IMG/VR virus record: IMGVR_UViG_3300037461_000655
Coordinates: 3,053 to 67,052 of that record
Length of the DNA: 64,000 nt
DNA from: a virus
Lineage: Duplodnaviria; Caudoviricetes
Reading direction: 5' to 3' (one strand)
In this document: positions 46,688 to 56,047 of the stretch, piece by piece
Layout of the letters: every line of letters begins with the position of its first letter
Numbering within the stretch: the first letter of the stretch is position 1
Notes under the pieces: generated by a model
What the model was told of the DNA's origin: nothing
The model's input: only the letters and a program-made list of their open reading frames with translations
The model's database searches: none
Position numbers and translations under genes: made by a program

Positions 46688-48345
46688 TGGCACAGTCACT
46701 TCCTCAAGCAGACGGCGTATATGGCCAACAGCAACTTGCGTCAGGCAATAGTGAGTTCAATGCCCTGACATTTATGATCCAGCAGATGTTGGGTCGGGTC
46801 AATACCGCGACGCTGGTGAGTGTGATCGCGGTGCATACAACCGGGCGCTCCGGATCAGTGGGCTTTGTGGATGTGCAGCCCTTAGTAAATCAGACTGACG
46901 GCATTGGACAGGCTACTCCACATGGTACGATCTATCACCTTCCTTACATTCGCTTACAAGGTGGGCAAAATGCGCTTGTGGTAGATCCCCACGCGGGTGA
47001 TGTGGGGCTAGTTGTATTCTGTGACCATGACATTTCTGCGATTAAAGAGAGTGGCAATCCGAGCGCGGTAAGCCCTGGTTCACGAAGACGTTTTGATATG
47101 GCAGATGGGGTCTATCTTGGTGGGTGGTCTCCAGCTTCCGCACTTACATGCTATGTCGTTATCGATGACGATGGCATCAAGATTGAAGCAGATGCACAGA
47201 AGTTCGAAGTGCACTCTAAAGATCTCACAGAAACGGCAGATGGGGATGTAGTTCGCAAGGCCAAGACCGTAGACGAGACAGTAACGGGCACTTACAAGAT
47301 AACTGTGCCGGAGTTATCGATCATCGGCAATTTAAGTGTGTCAGGCATCGTGCATTGTGAATGGCAGGGCAGCCTCATCGGTGTGAAATATGGCGGCACG
47401 GGCGCGGATCTCTCGGCCACGGGCGGCCTTGATCAAGTGGTTTGTCAGCTTGCACCAGGTGCTCCATTCGAGGTGCGCAGCCTTGGTGAACTGCCGATTT
47501 CCATTCTGTATTCCAACGCCACACCCGTGCCCGAGACCATTGGCGGGGTGTTAGAAGGAGAGACCTTCGTTAATCAAACCGTAAGCCAGGTTTTTGACCG
47601 ACTCTTTTATCCAGAGCTATTCCCAGCGCTCGTCGCCCCGTCCTCCACCTTCGCGCTCACCGAATCGGGCTACCACGAGATCGGCGAGGTTGTGGCGACT
47701 TTGCACTTCAGCGCCACCTTCTCGCGGGGCACCATCACCCCCGCCTACGGGACCAGTGGCCTTCGCTCCGGCCTACCCAACACCTACAAATACACCGGAA
47801 CCGGACTCTCGAATCAGACCTCCACGAGCCTGACGGACACGGAGACGGTGAGCAGCTACACGGTGCTGACAGGTGCGCAGAATTGGACTGGGGCTGTGGC
47901 CTACGATGCAGGTGAACAGCCAAAGTCAAGTTCTGGGAATGACTATAATAGTCCCCTTGCAGCAGGGAACACTGTTGCTGTCACGCGGACCATCACGGGC
48001 GTCTATCCGTGGTTCGCCACGTCGGTAGCCATCGCCACACTCACCAAGCAGGCGCTCACGTCCATGTCCTCCAGCTATGTCCAGGTGACGATGATTGCAG
48101 AGGATGGGGTGGACAAGCAGAAGGCGGCATTCCCGGACGGATGGAGCGCTATCACGGGGGTCCAGTTCTACAACACGGTCAGTTCGGCCTGGGAATGGCT
48201 CGGAGGAAGCAAGGCTAACTCGCTCCTGCTTTGGGACGTGACGGCCACCACGGAGACGATCCAGGGAAGCGTGATCGACTACGATCTCTACACCAACAAC
48301 TCAGCCACCATCGGAAGCAGACAGCTTAGGTGGTACACGACATGA
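46687..48345 (+). CDS. Baseplate spike (Gp138-like N-terminus) fused to a long C-terminal fibre/adhesin-like extension
   Basis: VDVQPLV, LPY.RLQGG.NA...DP..GD.G...FCD.DIS, RRFDMADG.Y.GG; extension with TIGGV..G.TF...FDRLFYP. Confidence 0.8.
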   Translation: MAQSLPQADGVYGQQQLASGNSEFNALTFMIQQMLGRVNTATLVSVIAVHTTGRSGSVGFVDVQPLVNQTDGIGQATPHGTIYHLPYIRLQGGQNALVVDPHAGDVGLVVFCDHDISAIKESGNPSAVSPGSRRRFDMADGVYLGGWSPASALTCYVVIDDDGIKIEADAQKFEVHSKDLTETADGDVVRKAKTVDETVTGTYKITVPELSIIGNLSVSGIVHCEWQGSLIGVKYGGTGADLSATGGLDQVVCQLAPGAPFEVRSLGELPISILYSNATPVPETIGGVLEGETFVNQTVSQVFDRLFYPELFPALVAPSSTFALTESGYHEIGEVVATLHFSATFSRGTITPAYGTSGLRSGLPNTYKYTGTGLSNQTSTSLTDTETVSSYTVLTGAQNWTGAVAYDAGEQPKSSSGNDYNSPLAAGNTVAVTRTITGVYPWFATSVAIATLTKQALTSMSSSYVQVTMIAEDGVDKQKAAFPDGWSAITGVQFYNTVSSAWEWLGGSKANSLLLWDVTATTETIQGSVIDYDLYTNNSATIGSRQLRWYTT

Positions 48346-48935
48346 CGGCGCGCACCAAGGGCCTCGCATCGTTCTCTGCGAACTTTGAAACGCAGATGGC
48401 GGCTCCGCTCGATGCCCGGATGCTCTGCGATACCAAGGCTGACTTGCTTCTGGCCACCACCTGGGAGGCGAATGACGGCGGGCACTACGCCTACGTGGGG
48501 ATGCTCGTTACGGTGAACGGCGACTCCACCTCTGCGAACAACGGCGTCTACCGGCTCACAGCGCTTCCCTACACGAGTGCGGGAAATTGGGAACGCTGCG
48601 GGTCGTCCGCAGATGCACCGGCCATCGCTGAGATTGCCTTCGCCTACGGTGATGCAACCCCTCGCACGATCTACACCACGATTGGAACTCAGCGCGTGTG
48701 GCAGGTTCTTCTTTCCATCGACACCCCATTCAACGGTACTGCCCCGGCCCTTACCATCGGGGACGCAGGCGATGCAGACCGGCTCATGACGGCAACACAG
48801 AATGATCCCAAGACGGCTGACGTGTACTCCACCCAGCCTGCCTACGAATACTCCGACGGCACGGCAATAACACTTTCCATCACCCCAGGCGCAGGGGCGT
48901 CTGCCGGTTCCGGCAAGATTCAACTTTTCTTCTAG
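48342..48935 (+). CDS. Putative tail/baseplate accessory protein (SANFE.Q.AAPLDAR module plus C-terminal beta-sandwich)
   Basis: ATG 48342 forms an ATGA overlap with the spike stop. Confidence 0.65.
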   Translation: MTARTKGLASFSANFETQMAAPLDARMLCDTKADLLLATTWEANDGGHYAYVGMLVTVNGDSTSANNGVYRLTALPYTSAGNWERCGSSADAPAIAEIAFAYGDATPRTIYTTIGTQRVWQVLLSIDTPFNGTAPALTIGDAGDADRLMTATQNDPKTADVYSTQPAYEYSDGTAITLSITPGAGASAGSGKIQLFF

Positions 48936-48945
48936 GAGGTGCCCC

Positions 48946-49635
48946 ATGGGCTTGTGGTCTGATCTCAAAGGTATAACCGGTGCGATTCTGCAATTCGGAA
49001 TCGGTGGCGCGAACATCACCAACAACAGCGGCACGATTGACATCAAGAATGCCGCGAACAATGCCTACGCTCCCATCAAGGCATCGCTTGTAAGTTGTGG
49101 TGATGAGATCCTGGAGATCAACTCCAGCGCGGCTGGGGCTGGGGCGGATTGGAAGTACCGCCTCTTGGTGCCCACTTCCGGTATGACTGCGGCGGTGGAT
49201 CTCACGCTTCCTGTGGATGACGGGACACCGAATCAGCTTCTGGGGACGGATGGAAGCGGCAATCTGTCGTTTATGACGGCAGGTGTGACTACGGACTGCA
49301 TCCATTCTGAGACAACCTCACTAGCTTGGGACACAGGCGTAACCACGGCGATGTTCACCTCGCCTGCTAGCTCAATTATTGAAGCCGTGGAAGTCATCAT
49401 CGACACGTCTTTTGATGGCACTGCACCATCCATGAGCGTAGGAATCACCGGGACGGTATCAAAGTACATGCCAGCCACAGCAGTGAACCTCGCTGGCACA
49501 GCCAAAGATCGTTACATCTACCACCCCGGCGAAGCAGCATCAGCAGGTGAGGATCTTAAGCTGACATTCACGGCGGGTGGTGGCGCTTCAGCGGGTGCCG
49601 CGCGAGTGATTGTGTACTACACGATTCCCGCATAA
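48946..49635 (+). CDS. Putative tail accessory protein; C-terminal domain paralogous to that of 48342..48935
   Basis: Both share IDT.F.GTAP...G and G.GASAG; RBS AGGAGG. Confidence 0.65.
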   Translation: MGLWSDLKGITGAILQFGIGGANITNNSGTIDIKNAANNAYAPIKASLVSCGDEILEINSSAAGAGADWKYRLLVPTSGMTAAVDLTLPVDDGTPNQLLGTDGSGNLSFMTAGVTTDCIHSETTSLAWDTGVTTAMFTSPASSIIEAVEVIIDTSFDGTAPSMSVGITGTVSKYMPATAVNLAGTAKDRYIYHPGEAASAGEDLKLTFTAGGGASAGAARVIVYYTIPA

Positions 49636-49645
49636 GGACTAGCAC

Positions 49646-49876
49646 ATGGGCCTCTGGCAAGATCTCAAGGGCATCACCGGACTCGGCTCTGACGCCGGGT
49701 TTCTGAAGCAGTCTGCCACTGGGGCGCTGTCCGTGGACACCACGACGTATCTTGCCGCTGTGTCCACGGACGCCACGCTCACGGGTGACGGGACTCCGGG
49801 CGATCCGTTGTCGGCGGTGGGCGGTGGCGGAATTGAGCTTGATGACGTATTAGCAACAAATTGGTTTATGGGGTAA
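49646..49876 (+). CDS. Small virion-type protein sharing its N-terminus with 48946..49635
   Basis: MGLWQDLKGITG versus MGLWSDLKGITG; VSTDATLTGDGTPGDPL motif. Confidence 0.6.
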   Translation: MGLWQDLKGITGLGSDAGFLKQSATGALSVDTTTYLAAVSTDATLTGDGTPGDPLSAVGGGGIELDDVLATNWFMG

Positions 49877-49879
49877 ATT

Positions 49880-50212
49880 ATGACCACATTCTCTCCTTCT
49901 TGCACTGGCGGAAGCCTGAATGGATCTTCCGAGGTCACGCTCGTGGCGGCTCCTGGCGCGGGAACGCGGCTCGTGAAGATGATCTCGGTGGCAAACGTAG
50001 ACACGGCAGCGGTGGTGTTCACGCTATACGTCGCCGTGGGGGCGAACCGATACACGCTCTGGAGCGGCACGCTATCCGTTGGCGACACCTTCCAGCTAAC
50101 GGACGGCGACATGGTTTCTCTTCCTGCGACCTACTCGGTCGTTGGAAAGCTCGCGGGCGCGGCGGCAACGACGAACCCAACATTTTACGCTTCGTGGGGG
50201 GACCAAACATGA
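49880..50212 (+). CDS. Small beta-sandwich structural protein
   Basis: LVKMISVANVDT..VVFTLYV...TLSVGDT; ATGA overlap with the next gene. Confidence 0.65.
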   Translation: MTTFSPSCTGGSLNGSSEVTLVAAPGAGTRLVKMISVANVDTAAVVFTLYVAVGANRYTLWSGTLSVGDTFQLTDGDMVSLPATYSVVGKLAGAAATTNPTFYASWGDQT

Positions 50213-50805
50213 AGGTAATCGATAATCAGGGTCGCATTAAAGATGTTGGCCTAAAAGGAGATCAGGGGGATCAGGGGGAGACTGGCCCAGCAGGAGCAGA
50301 AGTTGTCATTTCTGGTGATGCCTCCAATACCCGCATTCCATTTTACGATGCTGATGGGAATCTGTATGATTTGGCCGCACTTAATTATGTTAGCGGAACA
50401 GGAATATTGAACACACCTGGCATCAATCTTGGCGATACCGATTTGACAGATTATAAAGCTGGAACATGGACGCCAACAGTTACTGCGGCATCGGGTTCTA
50501 TCACAACTTACACGCTGTGCGCAGCGAATTACATGTTGGTTGGACCTGTTGTTTACTTTGGCATATCTATTCACTTAGACAATAAAGGAACCGCTAGTGG
50601 GTCGATGAATATCACGATGCCCTATACCAACGGCGCGACAATGCCGGGACATTTTAGGGGCCGTGAGGATTGGGTCACCGGGGCATTTTTGTGGGGTTTC
50701 TTGGGTCAGAGTAGCGGAACAATGTTTCTTTATCGTGAAGATGGAGGGAGTTTGTGGACCAATGGGTATCGCTTTGATATTTACGGTTTTTATTGGAAAG
50801 CGTGA
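50209..50805 (+). CDS. Short tail fibre/adhesin-like protein with collagen-like triplets
   Basis: ATG 50209 (the track's 49861 start is a spurious extension); GLKGDQGDQGETGPAG, DYKAGTWTPTV. Confidence 0.65.
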   Translation: MKVIDNQGRIKDVGLKGDQGDQGETGPAGAEVVISGDASNTRIPFYDADGNLYDLAALNYVSGTGILNTPGINLGDTDLTDYKAGTWTPTVTAASGSITTYTLCAANYMLVGPVVYFGISIHLDNKGTASGSMNITMPYTNGATMPGHFRGREDWVTGAFLWGFLGQSSGTMFLYREDGGSLWTNGYRFDIYGFYWKA

Positions 50806-50811
50806 TGTAGC

Positions 50812-51222
50812 ATGAAAGTCATCGACAATACAGGCCGAACCAAAGTCCTCGGAATGGTATCTCTGGACGCCGTTAATTCGTGGACCAAGGGGCAGGTTGG
50901 ACCGATCACGGCGCTAACGGACGCGAACCCGATCTCGCTTGACCTGTCGCTCGGGAACAACTTCTCGTTGCTCATGACCTCCGCCGTCGGTGCTACACGA
51001 CAGTTGGCCAACCCTACCAACATCGGCGCCGGTCAGAGCGGGATGATCACCGTGACCCAGAGTTCTGGCGGTTCTAACGCGCTCACGTACGGCTCTTACT
51101 ACAAGTTTGCCTACGGGACTGCCCCGATCCTGTCCACGGGGGCCAACGCGATTGACTGTCTGGCCTACTACGTTCTCAGCGCAACACAGATACTCGTGAC
51201 CATGGTTCCGGGTGTCGCATGA
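50812..51222 (+). CDS. Tail-fibre C-terminal-type beta domain protein
   Basis: GNNFSL...RQLANPTN..AGQSG.I.VTQ...G...L.YG..YKF..GTAP.LST.ANA.D pattern. Confidence 0.65.
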   Translation: MKVIDNTGRTKVLGMVSLDAVNSWTKGQVGPITALTDANPISLDLSLGNNFSLLMTSAVGATRQLANPTNIGAGQSGMITVTQSSGGSNALTYGSYYKFAYGTAPILSTGANAIDCLAYYVLSATQILVTMVPGVA

Positions 51223-52148
51223 TAACTCCCGGAACGCTCAGCTCTGTGTTTCCTGGCCGCTCCGTGGTCGGTATACCGGGCGGCGTGTTCGCGGGTGGGG
51301 CTGACACCGCTGGCAACTCCTTAAGTTCTACCGAGAAGTATTCTTACGCCTCGGACTCGGTGTCAAACGGGACCGCACTGAGCTGTCAGCGCAAGATGTG
51401 GGCGGCTGCCGGAAACCAAACGTACGGGATCTATGCCGCTGGTCGTGATCAGTCCGTTCCGACGGATCTTGCCACTACCGAGAAGTACGTGTTCGGCACC
51501 GATGCCAGAAGCATGGGTACAAGTCTTTCGGCAACGCGACGAACGCACTCGGGGACGGGCAACGCGGCGAAAGGAATCTTTTCGGGTGGTTACGACGGCG
51601 TAAACTACCTCAGCATTACCGAGAAATACACTTACACCACTGAGGCGGTGGCCACGCTCACGGCGCTTGGAACAGCGAGAGAGCAGTTATCGGCCTGCGG
51701 AAACAACACGCTTGGCGTCGTCGGTGGTGGTGATGCTGGCGCGACTCGATACGCAACGGTGGACGAATACACCTATTCCTCCGACGCTCGGGCGGCTGGA
51801 ACCAATCTCGGAACGGCTCGCAGGAGCCTTGCCGCTTGCTCGGGCAACGGAACGTCGGGGATATTCTCCGGAGGTTCGATCTATCCAGATACCGTTCAGT
51901 CCGTGTCTGACAAGTACACTTTCTCAACTCATGCTGTGGCATCTGGAACGAGCCTCGGCACGGCGCGAAAGGATCTCACGGCTTCAAGCAACTATTTGAA
52001 GGGCATCTTCAACGGCGGATACACGACGGTTGCCGTGGCGACGACCGACAAATACACATTCTCGTCCGATGCCGTTGCGGCTGGCACGAGCTTGTCCGTT
52101 GCCAGGCAGACCCACGCAGCCGCTTCTAACTCCAACGGTGGTGCGTAA
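51219..52148 (+). CDS. Kelch-like six-bladed beta-propeller protein
   Basis: Six repeats of about 46 aa: G.F.GG...T.KY.F....V..GT.L..AR...A...N. Confidence 0.8.
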   Translation: MITPGTLSSVFPGRSVVGIPGGVFAGGADTAGNSLSSTEKYSYASDSVSNGTALSCQRKMWAAAGNQTYGIYAAGRDQSVPTDLATTEKYVFGTDARSMGTSLSATRRTHSGTGNAAKGIFSGGYDGVNYLSITEKYTYTTEAVATLTALGTAREQLSACGNNTLGVVGGGDAGATRYATVDEYTYSSDARAAGTNLGTARRSLAACSGNGTSGIFSGGSIYPDTVQSVSDKYTFSTHAVASGTSLGTARKDLTASSNYLKGIFNGGYTTVAVATTDKYTFSSDAVAAGTSLSVARQTHAAASNSNGGA

Positions 52149-52750
52149 TGGGCAAGAACCACAGGAACAACACTAACTTCCAGATCCGCTATTTCCTCGC
52201 GGGGATGTGTCACACACCGGACGGTGCCTACGCGGTGCTCTGCGATTTGTTGGAGGACCGCGAACTTGCGGTGAAAACTCACCGCGCTTCGTTGCTAAAA
52301 ACAGAGGCATCGAGGCTTCGCGCGAAACGGCTTCTCGAATCTGATGACGAGATTGTGCGGCTTGATGGCGAGGCCGCGCTTGCTGAGATCGAGTCCGTTC
52401 GAGCACTTTCGGATAGTTGCTACGCCGCTGCCCTGGATGAGGTTGACTACATAAAGTGCTGCATGGAAGAGCTACAGCCATTGCGAAAATACGCGTACCT
52501 ACCAGACGCGCAGGCCCACGAGATCTCGCAGGCGGAGGAGTGGAGGCTTGAGCTAATCCACCGCGCGGAGAACTATTTGGTTACAAGTGGGACCATCCCG
52601 GCGGATCATCTCGCAACGATGCGAGCGCATCCGGACTTTCACGAGTCCATCGCTCCTGCAATTGAAGCGCTGAGCGAGCGAATGAAGTGCGGTGGACTTT
52701 CATTGCTTGAACTTTCAAAACCGACCCTTGGCATAAGAGAGGTGATCTGA
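52148..52750 (+). CDS. Helical/coiled-coil protein coupled to the propeller gene (possible assembly chaperone)
   Basis: TAATG overlap; NFQIRYFLAG...TPDGAY, EEWRLEL..RAENYL...MR.HPDF. Confidence 0.6.
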   Translation: MGKNHRNNTNFQIRYFLAGMCHTPDGAYAVLCDLLEDRELAVKTHRASLLKTEASRLRAKRLLESDDEIVRLDGEAALAEIESVRALSDSCYAAALDEVDYIKCCMEELQPLRKYAYLPDAQAHEISQAEEWRLELIHRAENYLVTSGTIPADHLATMRAHPDFHESIAPAIEALSERMKCGGLSLLELSKPTLGIREVI

Positions 52751-53628
52751 TGGTAATGTACTCCCCCCTTGTCTACCCACAGGCTGACCCTGCGATTGGC
52801 TACACGAGGCCCGATATCCCGCTTACTTTTACTCGTCCTGCGTTCACTCCGAGAACATGGAATCCCTATAGTGCCGACGTTTATGATCGAACAGAATATT
52901 GGGAAGACACAGCGGGTTTACTAACTGAAACTCAAGTGTGGACTCTTCTCTATGGTGGCAACCTTTCGGGAGCTATGAGTCAAGAAACAAATATTTATGA
53001 TTTTTGGAATGGGCTCAATGGAACGCCTTTCTCGGCTTATATAAATGGTACAGGTGCAGCAGTAGCCTCTTATGCGGGGGTTGAAACGTCCGGGAAAGTT
53101 GGCGTAGTACTTTGTAATACTGGGACTACGGCAACTGGCCGGGCGGGCTTCGGTACCAACTTGACATCACTCCTGCCCTCGGGCCTCGTCCTTTCGGCGG
53201 CGTCCCAGCTCTACCTCCCGGCCCTGTCCACCTCGGCTCAGGCGTTCAGTGTCTTCATGGGGTTCTTCAACTCCATCACCACGCTGCTCCAGGGCAACGG
53301 GGCCTACTTCGAATACAGCCGCACCAAGGGCGTGAACTGGAGGATGAACACGGCCAAGGCCAGCGTGAGAACGGAGCAGGACACGGGTGTGGCCGTTGTC
53401 GCCGGGACTTGGGTCTTGCTCAGAGTTGTCCTGAACGGGGCTACTGGAGTCGCTACCTTCTTCATCAACGGCGTTCCCGTGGGCACGATCGACACCAACA
53501 TCCCGAACACGCCCGCTAACACTTTCGGCTTCGGGTGCGGAATTCTGAAAACGGCGGGAACAGCACAGGCTTACCTAGGTTCGGACTTCGTTTCTCTTAG
53601 TTATGCCATTCCAGCGGAGGCGAAATGA
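52750..53628 (+). CDS. Putative receptor-binding/lectin-like beta-sandwich protein
   Basis: TGTTATGRAG, GAYFEYS...NWR..T, DTGVAV....W..L, FFING..VGTI.TNIP pattern. Confidence 0.55.
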   Translation: MVMYSPLVYPQADPAIGYTRPDIPLTFTRPAFTPRTWNPYSADVYDRTEYWEDTAGLLTETQVWTLLYGGNLSGAMSQETNIYDFWNGLNGTPFSAYINGTGAAVASYAGVETSGKVGVVLCNTGTTATGRAGFGTNLTSLLPSGLVLSAASQLYLPALSTSAQAFSVFMGFFNSITTLLQGNGAYFEYSRTKGVNWRMNTAKASVRTEQDTGVAVVAGTWVLLRVVLNGATGVATFFINGVPVGTIDTNIPNTPANTFGFGCGILKTAGTAQAYLGSDFVSLSYAIPAEAK

Positions 53629-53897
53629 CTAAATTCTGGCGATATTTCTCACGGGCGGAGTAGGCATCCATCTTAAAATACAGGGAGAATACATGGGTAA
53701 CAGCATCTTCAACTACGTAACATCAGCCGAGGAGGGCTTAATATGATCCCAGATCAACTTCTAACAGAAGCAACTTCAACGGGGCCGGGTGAGAGCTTTG
53801 TGGTGATGACCTCTTCAAGGGCTTTGGAACTGATTCTTCCAATCCTGTCGTAGTTCTTTCCAACCTATCATAGAAGGCACTCATGGGAGCGAGTTCA

Positions 53898-54233
53898 ATG
53901 TCTGATGTCCCAATCAGTCGTGGAGAGTTCAATAATGCGATGGCCTCGCTCCGTGACATTTTGAGCCGCCTTGAGAAGAATCAAGAGGTGTTATCTAATG
54001 ACATTAAGCAGCTTTATGAGTTGCACAGAAACTGTATGTTTGCGCAGAGTGAAAAGGCATTCCACGCCGGGCGAGCTGCGGGGAAGATTGAAGAAGTTAA
54101 TATGCGTGTAACAGACTTAGAAACGGATCAACGCGATAACCGTGGACATAAGCGCCAACTTAGTATTGGGATCATCCTCACTGCGCTAGCTGCAATGGCT
54201 TCGCTGGTCACTAGTCTTTTTCTGAAGAAATAG
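53898..54233 (+). CDS. Coiled-coil protein with C-terminal TM anchor (holin/antiholin or XhlA-like)
   Basis: C-terminal LSIGIILTALAAMASLVTSLFLKK; directly upstream of the endolysin. Confidence 0.55.
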   Translation: MSDVPISRGEFNNAMASLRDILSRLEKNQEVLSNDIKQLYELHRNCMFAQSEKAFHAGRAAGKIEEVNMRVTDLETDQRDNRGHKRQLSIGIILTALAAMASLVTSLFLKK

Positions 54234-54243
54234 GGGGTAATGC

Positions 54244-54732
54244 ATGAACCTAACCGAACATTTCACAGCCGAAGAGTTAGTTACCAGCGGCAAGCATCCT
54301 GAGATCGACAACTCACTGCCAGAGAAATTTGATGGGAACCGCCTCAAAGTTGCAGAACTGTTAGAGGAAGCACGCGCCATTCTCACTGAGTACTATGGCG
54401 AGGACACACCCATCCATGTCAAGTATGCGTGGCGCGGCTCGGAACTAAATAAGGCTTGCGGAGGCGAGCGCTCCAGTGCACATCTGGAGATGCTCGCAGC
54501 AGACACTTACTACACCGGGCATGAGTCTTCAGAGGTTGCTCAGATTCTCTTTGAGCATCCCACCTTCATGAAAAACGTAGATCAACTCATCATCGAGCGC
54601 GGATGCCTGCACTATGGGCTCCCTTGTGCAGCATCAGCCTACCAAGCGCGCCGTGAACTGCGGAAGGATGCCTGGGTAAACGGTGAACGGCACTACCCAC
54701 TCATCGCCGTGTGGCGTAGTCCACACGACTAG
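54244..54732 (+). CDS. Endolysin, peptidase M15 family
   Basis: LTEHFT.EEL, R..ELNKACGG...SAH...AAD, DQLIIE...LH. Confidence 0.8.
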   Translation: MNLTEHFTAEELVTSGKHPEIDNSLPEKFDGNRLKVAELLEEARAILTEYYGEDTPIHVKYAWRGSELNKACGGERSSAHLEMLAADTYYTGHESSEVAQILFEHPTFMKNVDQLIIERGCLHYGLPCAASAYQARRELRKDAWVNGERHYPLIAVWRSPHD

Positions 54733-54742
54733 GAGGTGACCA

Positions 54743-55060
54743 TTGACTATCCAAGTTGGGCAGGAACCAATCCTGACGACCCCTACGACACCAATCCATA
54801 CGGGGTTCTATGGCCTGTGGATGAAAATCCTCCACGCACTCAAAGAGGCAGTGACAGGGCGAGACAACCAGACCCATGATCTGGGGCGCTGGAGCTGGCT
54901 CACCTGTACCATAGCGATCCTCGCCCATGATGCCTACCTGCTTCAGCATGGTAGCGCACCCAACATCAAGGACCTTGCAATTGCCCTATCAGCCATCGTG
55001 GTGGCACATGGGGTTGCGCTAGGGCTTAAGTCCTCGACTGAACCCGGAGGCACATCATGA
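54743..55060 (+). CDS. Putative holin (two TM segments)
   Basis: DNQTHDLGRW, hydrophobic segments; inside the lysis cassette; TTG start uncertain. Confidence 0.55.
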   Translation: MTIQVGQEPILTTPTTPIHTGFYGLWMKILHALKEAVTGRDNQTHDLGRWSWLTCTIAILAHDAYLLQHGSAPNIKDLAIALSAIVVAHGVALGLKSSTEPGGTS

Positions 55061-55686
55061 TCCCTCGCAAATGGCTACTCTACCTTGTGGGCGCAGGCAT
55101 AGGCATTGGTCTGATTTACGGCGGCATCGCAGGCTATGAGCGCTGGAAATTGTACAAAGCAGATCAACATCAACAACAGGCGGTAGTGCATCATGAAACA
55201 GGGATTAGTCAGGCGGCACAGGGTCAAGCAGCTGCCCAGCAGGGTGCGAGTGGTATGGCACAAGGGCAGGCGCTCCAGGCAAAGCTTGATGCCAGAGACA
55301 AGGAAGTGGCACGACTCAAGGCAATCTTGGCAAAGCTTAAGTCAGGCAATCAGTCTGCTCCTGACATTACTCCTAGCATTTCAGATCCTGCTCCTATGGT
55401 GGCTGATGACCTAAAGGATCAGATCATTGCTGAGCTGACCGAAGAGGTCGCGGACCTGAAGCTTCAGAGCTTCAACTATAAGACTTCGGCAGAACAGTAT
55501 CGAACTTCCTCAGAACGCTATAAAAGTGCTTATGAAGAAGAATGTAAGTCCCATGCTCTTGACAACATCGCCAATGAAGCGAAGCTCGCCGCAGCCAAGG
55601 CTGCTGGCTGGAAGATCGGAATGATCCGACTCGGTGAGGGTGCGGTGATTGGCGGCGTATTAGGCTACGCCACAGGGAGACGATGA
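55057..55686 (+). CDS. Putative spanin-like protein (N-terminal TM, coiled coil, hydrophobic Gly-rich C-terminus)
   Basis: WLLYLVGAGIGIGLIYGGI, long heptad region, GAVIGGVLGY at the end. Confidence 0.5.
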   Translation: MIPRKWLLYLVGAGIGIGLIYGGIAGYERWKLYKADQHQQQAVVHHETGISQAAQGQAAAQQGASGMAQGQALQAKLDARDKEVARLKAILAKLKSGNQSAPDITPSISDPAPMVADDLKDQIIAELTEEVADLKLQSFNYKTSAEQYRTSSERYKSAYEEECKSHALDNIANEAKLAAAKAAGWKIGMIRLGEGAVIGGVLGYATGRR

Positions 55687-56039
55687 TGAATACGTTAGCA
55701 CTTGATGTAGCTACTTGGGACCTCGAACTCAACACAGTAGGGGATATCAAGGTGAACACCAATGGTCTTGCAATTGCGCAGGATGTCGCAAGTGCAATTA
55801 AGCTCTTCGCAGGGGAACTGTGGTATGACAAACTCCTAGGCATTCCTTATTTTGAGCAGGTGCTCGGGAAACCGTATGCACAGTCCCTTGTCCAAGGGCT
55901 AGTTAACGATGCAGCTCTGACGGTGCCTGAGGTCGTTGCAGCACAAACTGATCTAGCAAGCATTCTAACTGCACGAAAGATCACAGGGTCCTGTCAAGTT
56001 ATTGATGTTACCGGACAAGCACTTAACGTTCAATTCTAG
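55683..56039 (+). CDS. Baseplate wedge protein (gp25-like)
   Basis: TL.LD..TWDL.L...G.I...AIAQDVASAIKLF.GE.WYD...GIPYF...LG. Confidence 0.8.
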   Translation: MMNTLALDVATWDLELNTVGDIKVNTNGLAIAQDVASAIKLFAGELWYDKLLGIPYFEQVLGKPYAQSLVQGLVNDAALTVPEVVAAQTDLASILTARKITGSCQVIDVTGQALNVQF

Positions 56040-56047
56040 GAGACCCT

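Noticed and set aside
53629-53897. Short ORFs between the lectin-like gene and the lysis cassette, and a TCTAAC attC-like start near 53760
   Set aside because: Only 12-36-codon frames, possibly a decayed gene; no matching L'/R' arm found.
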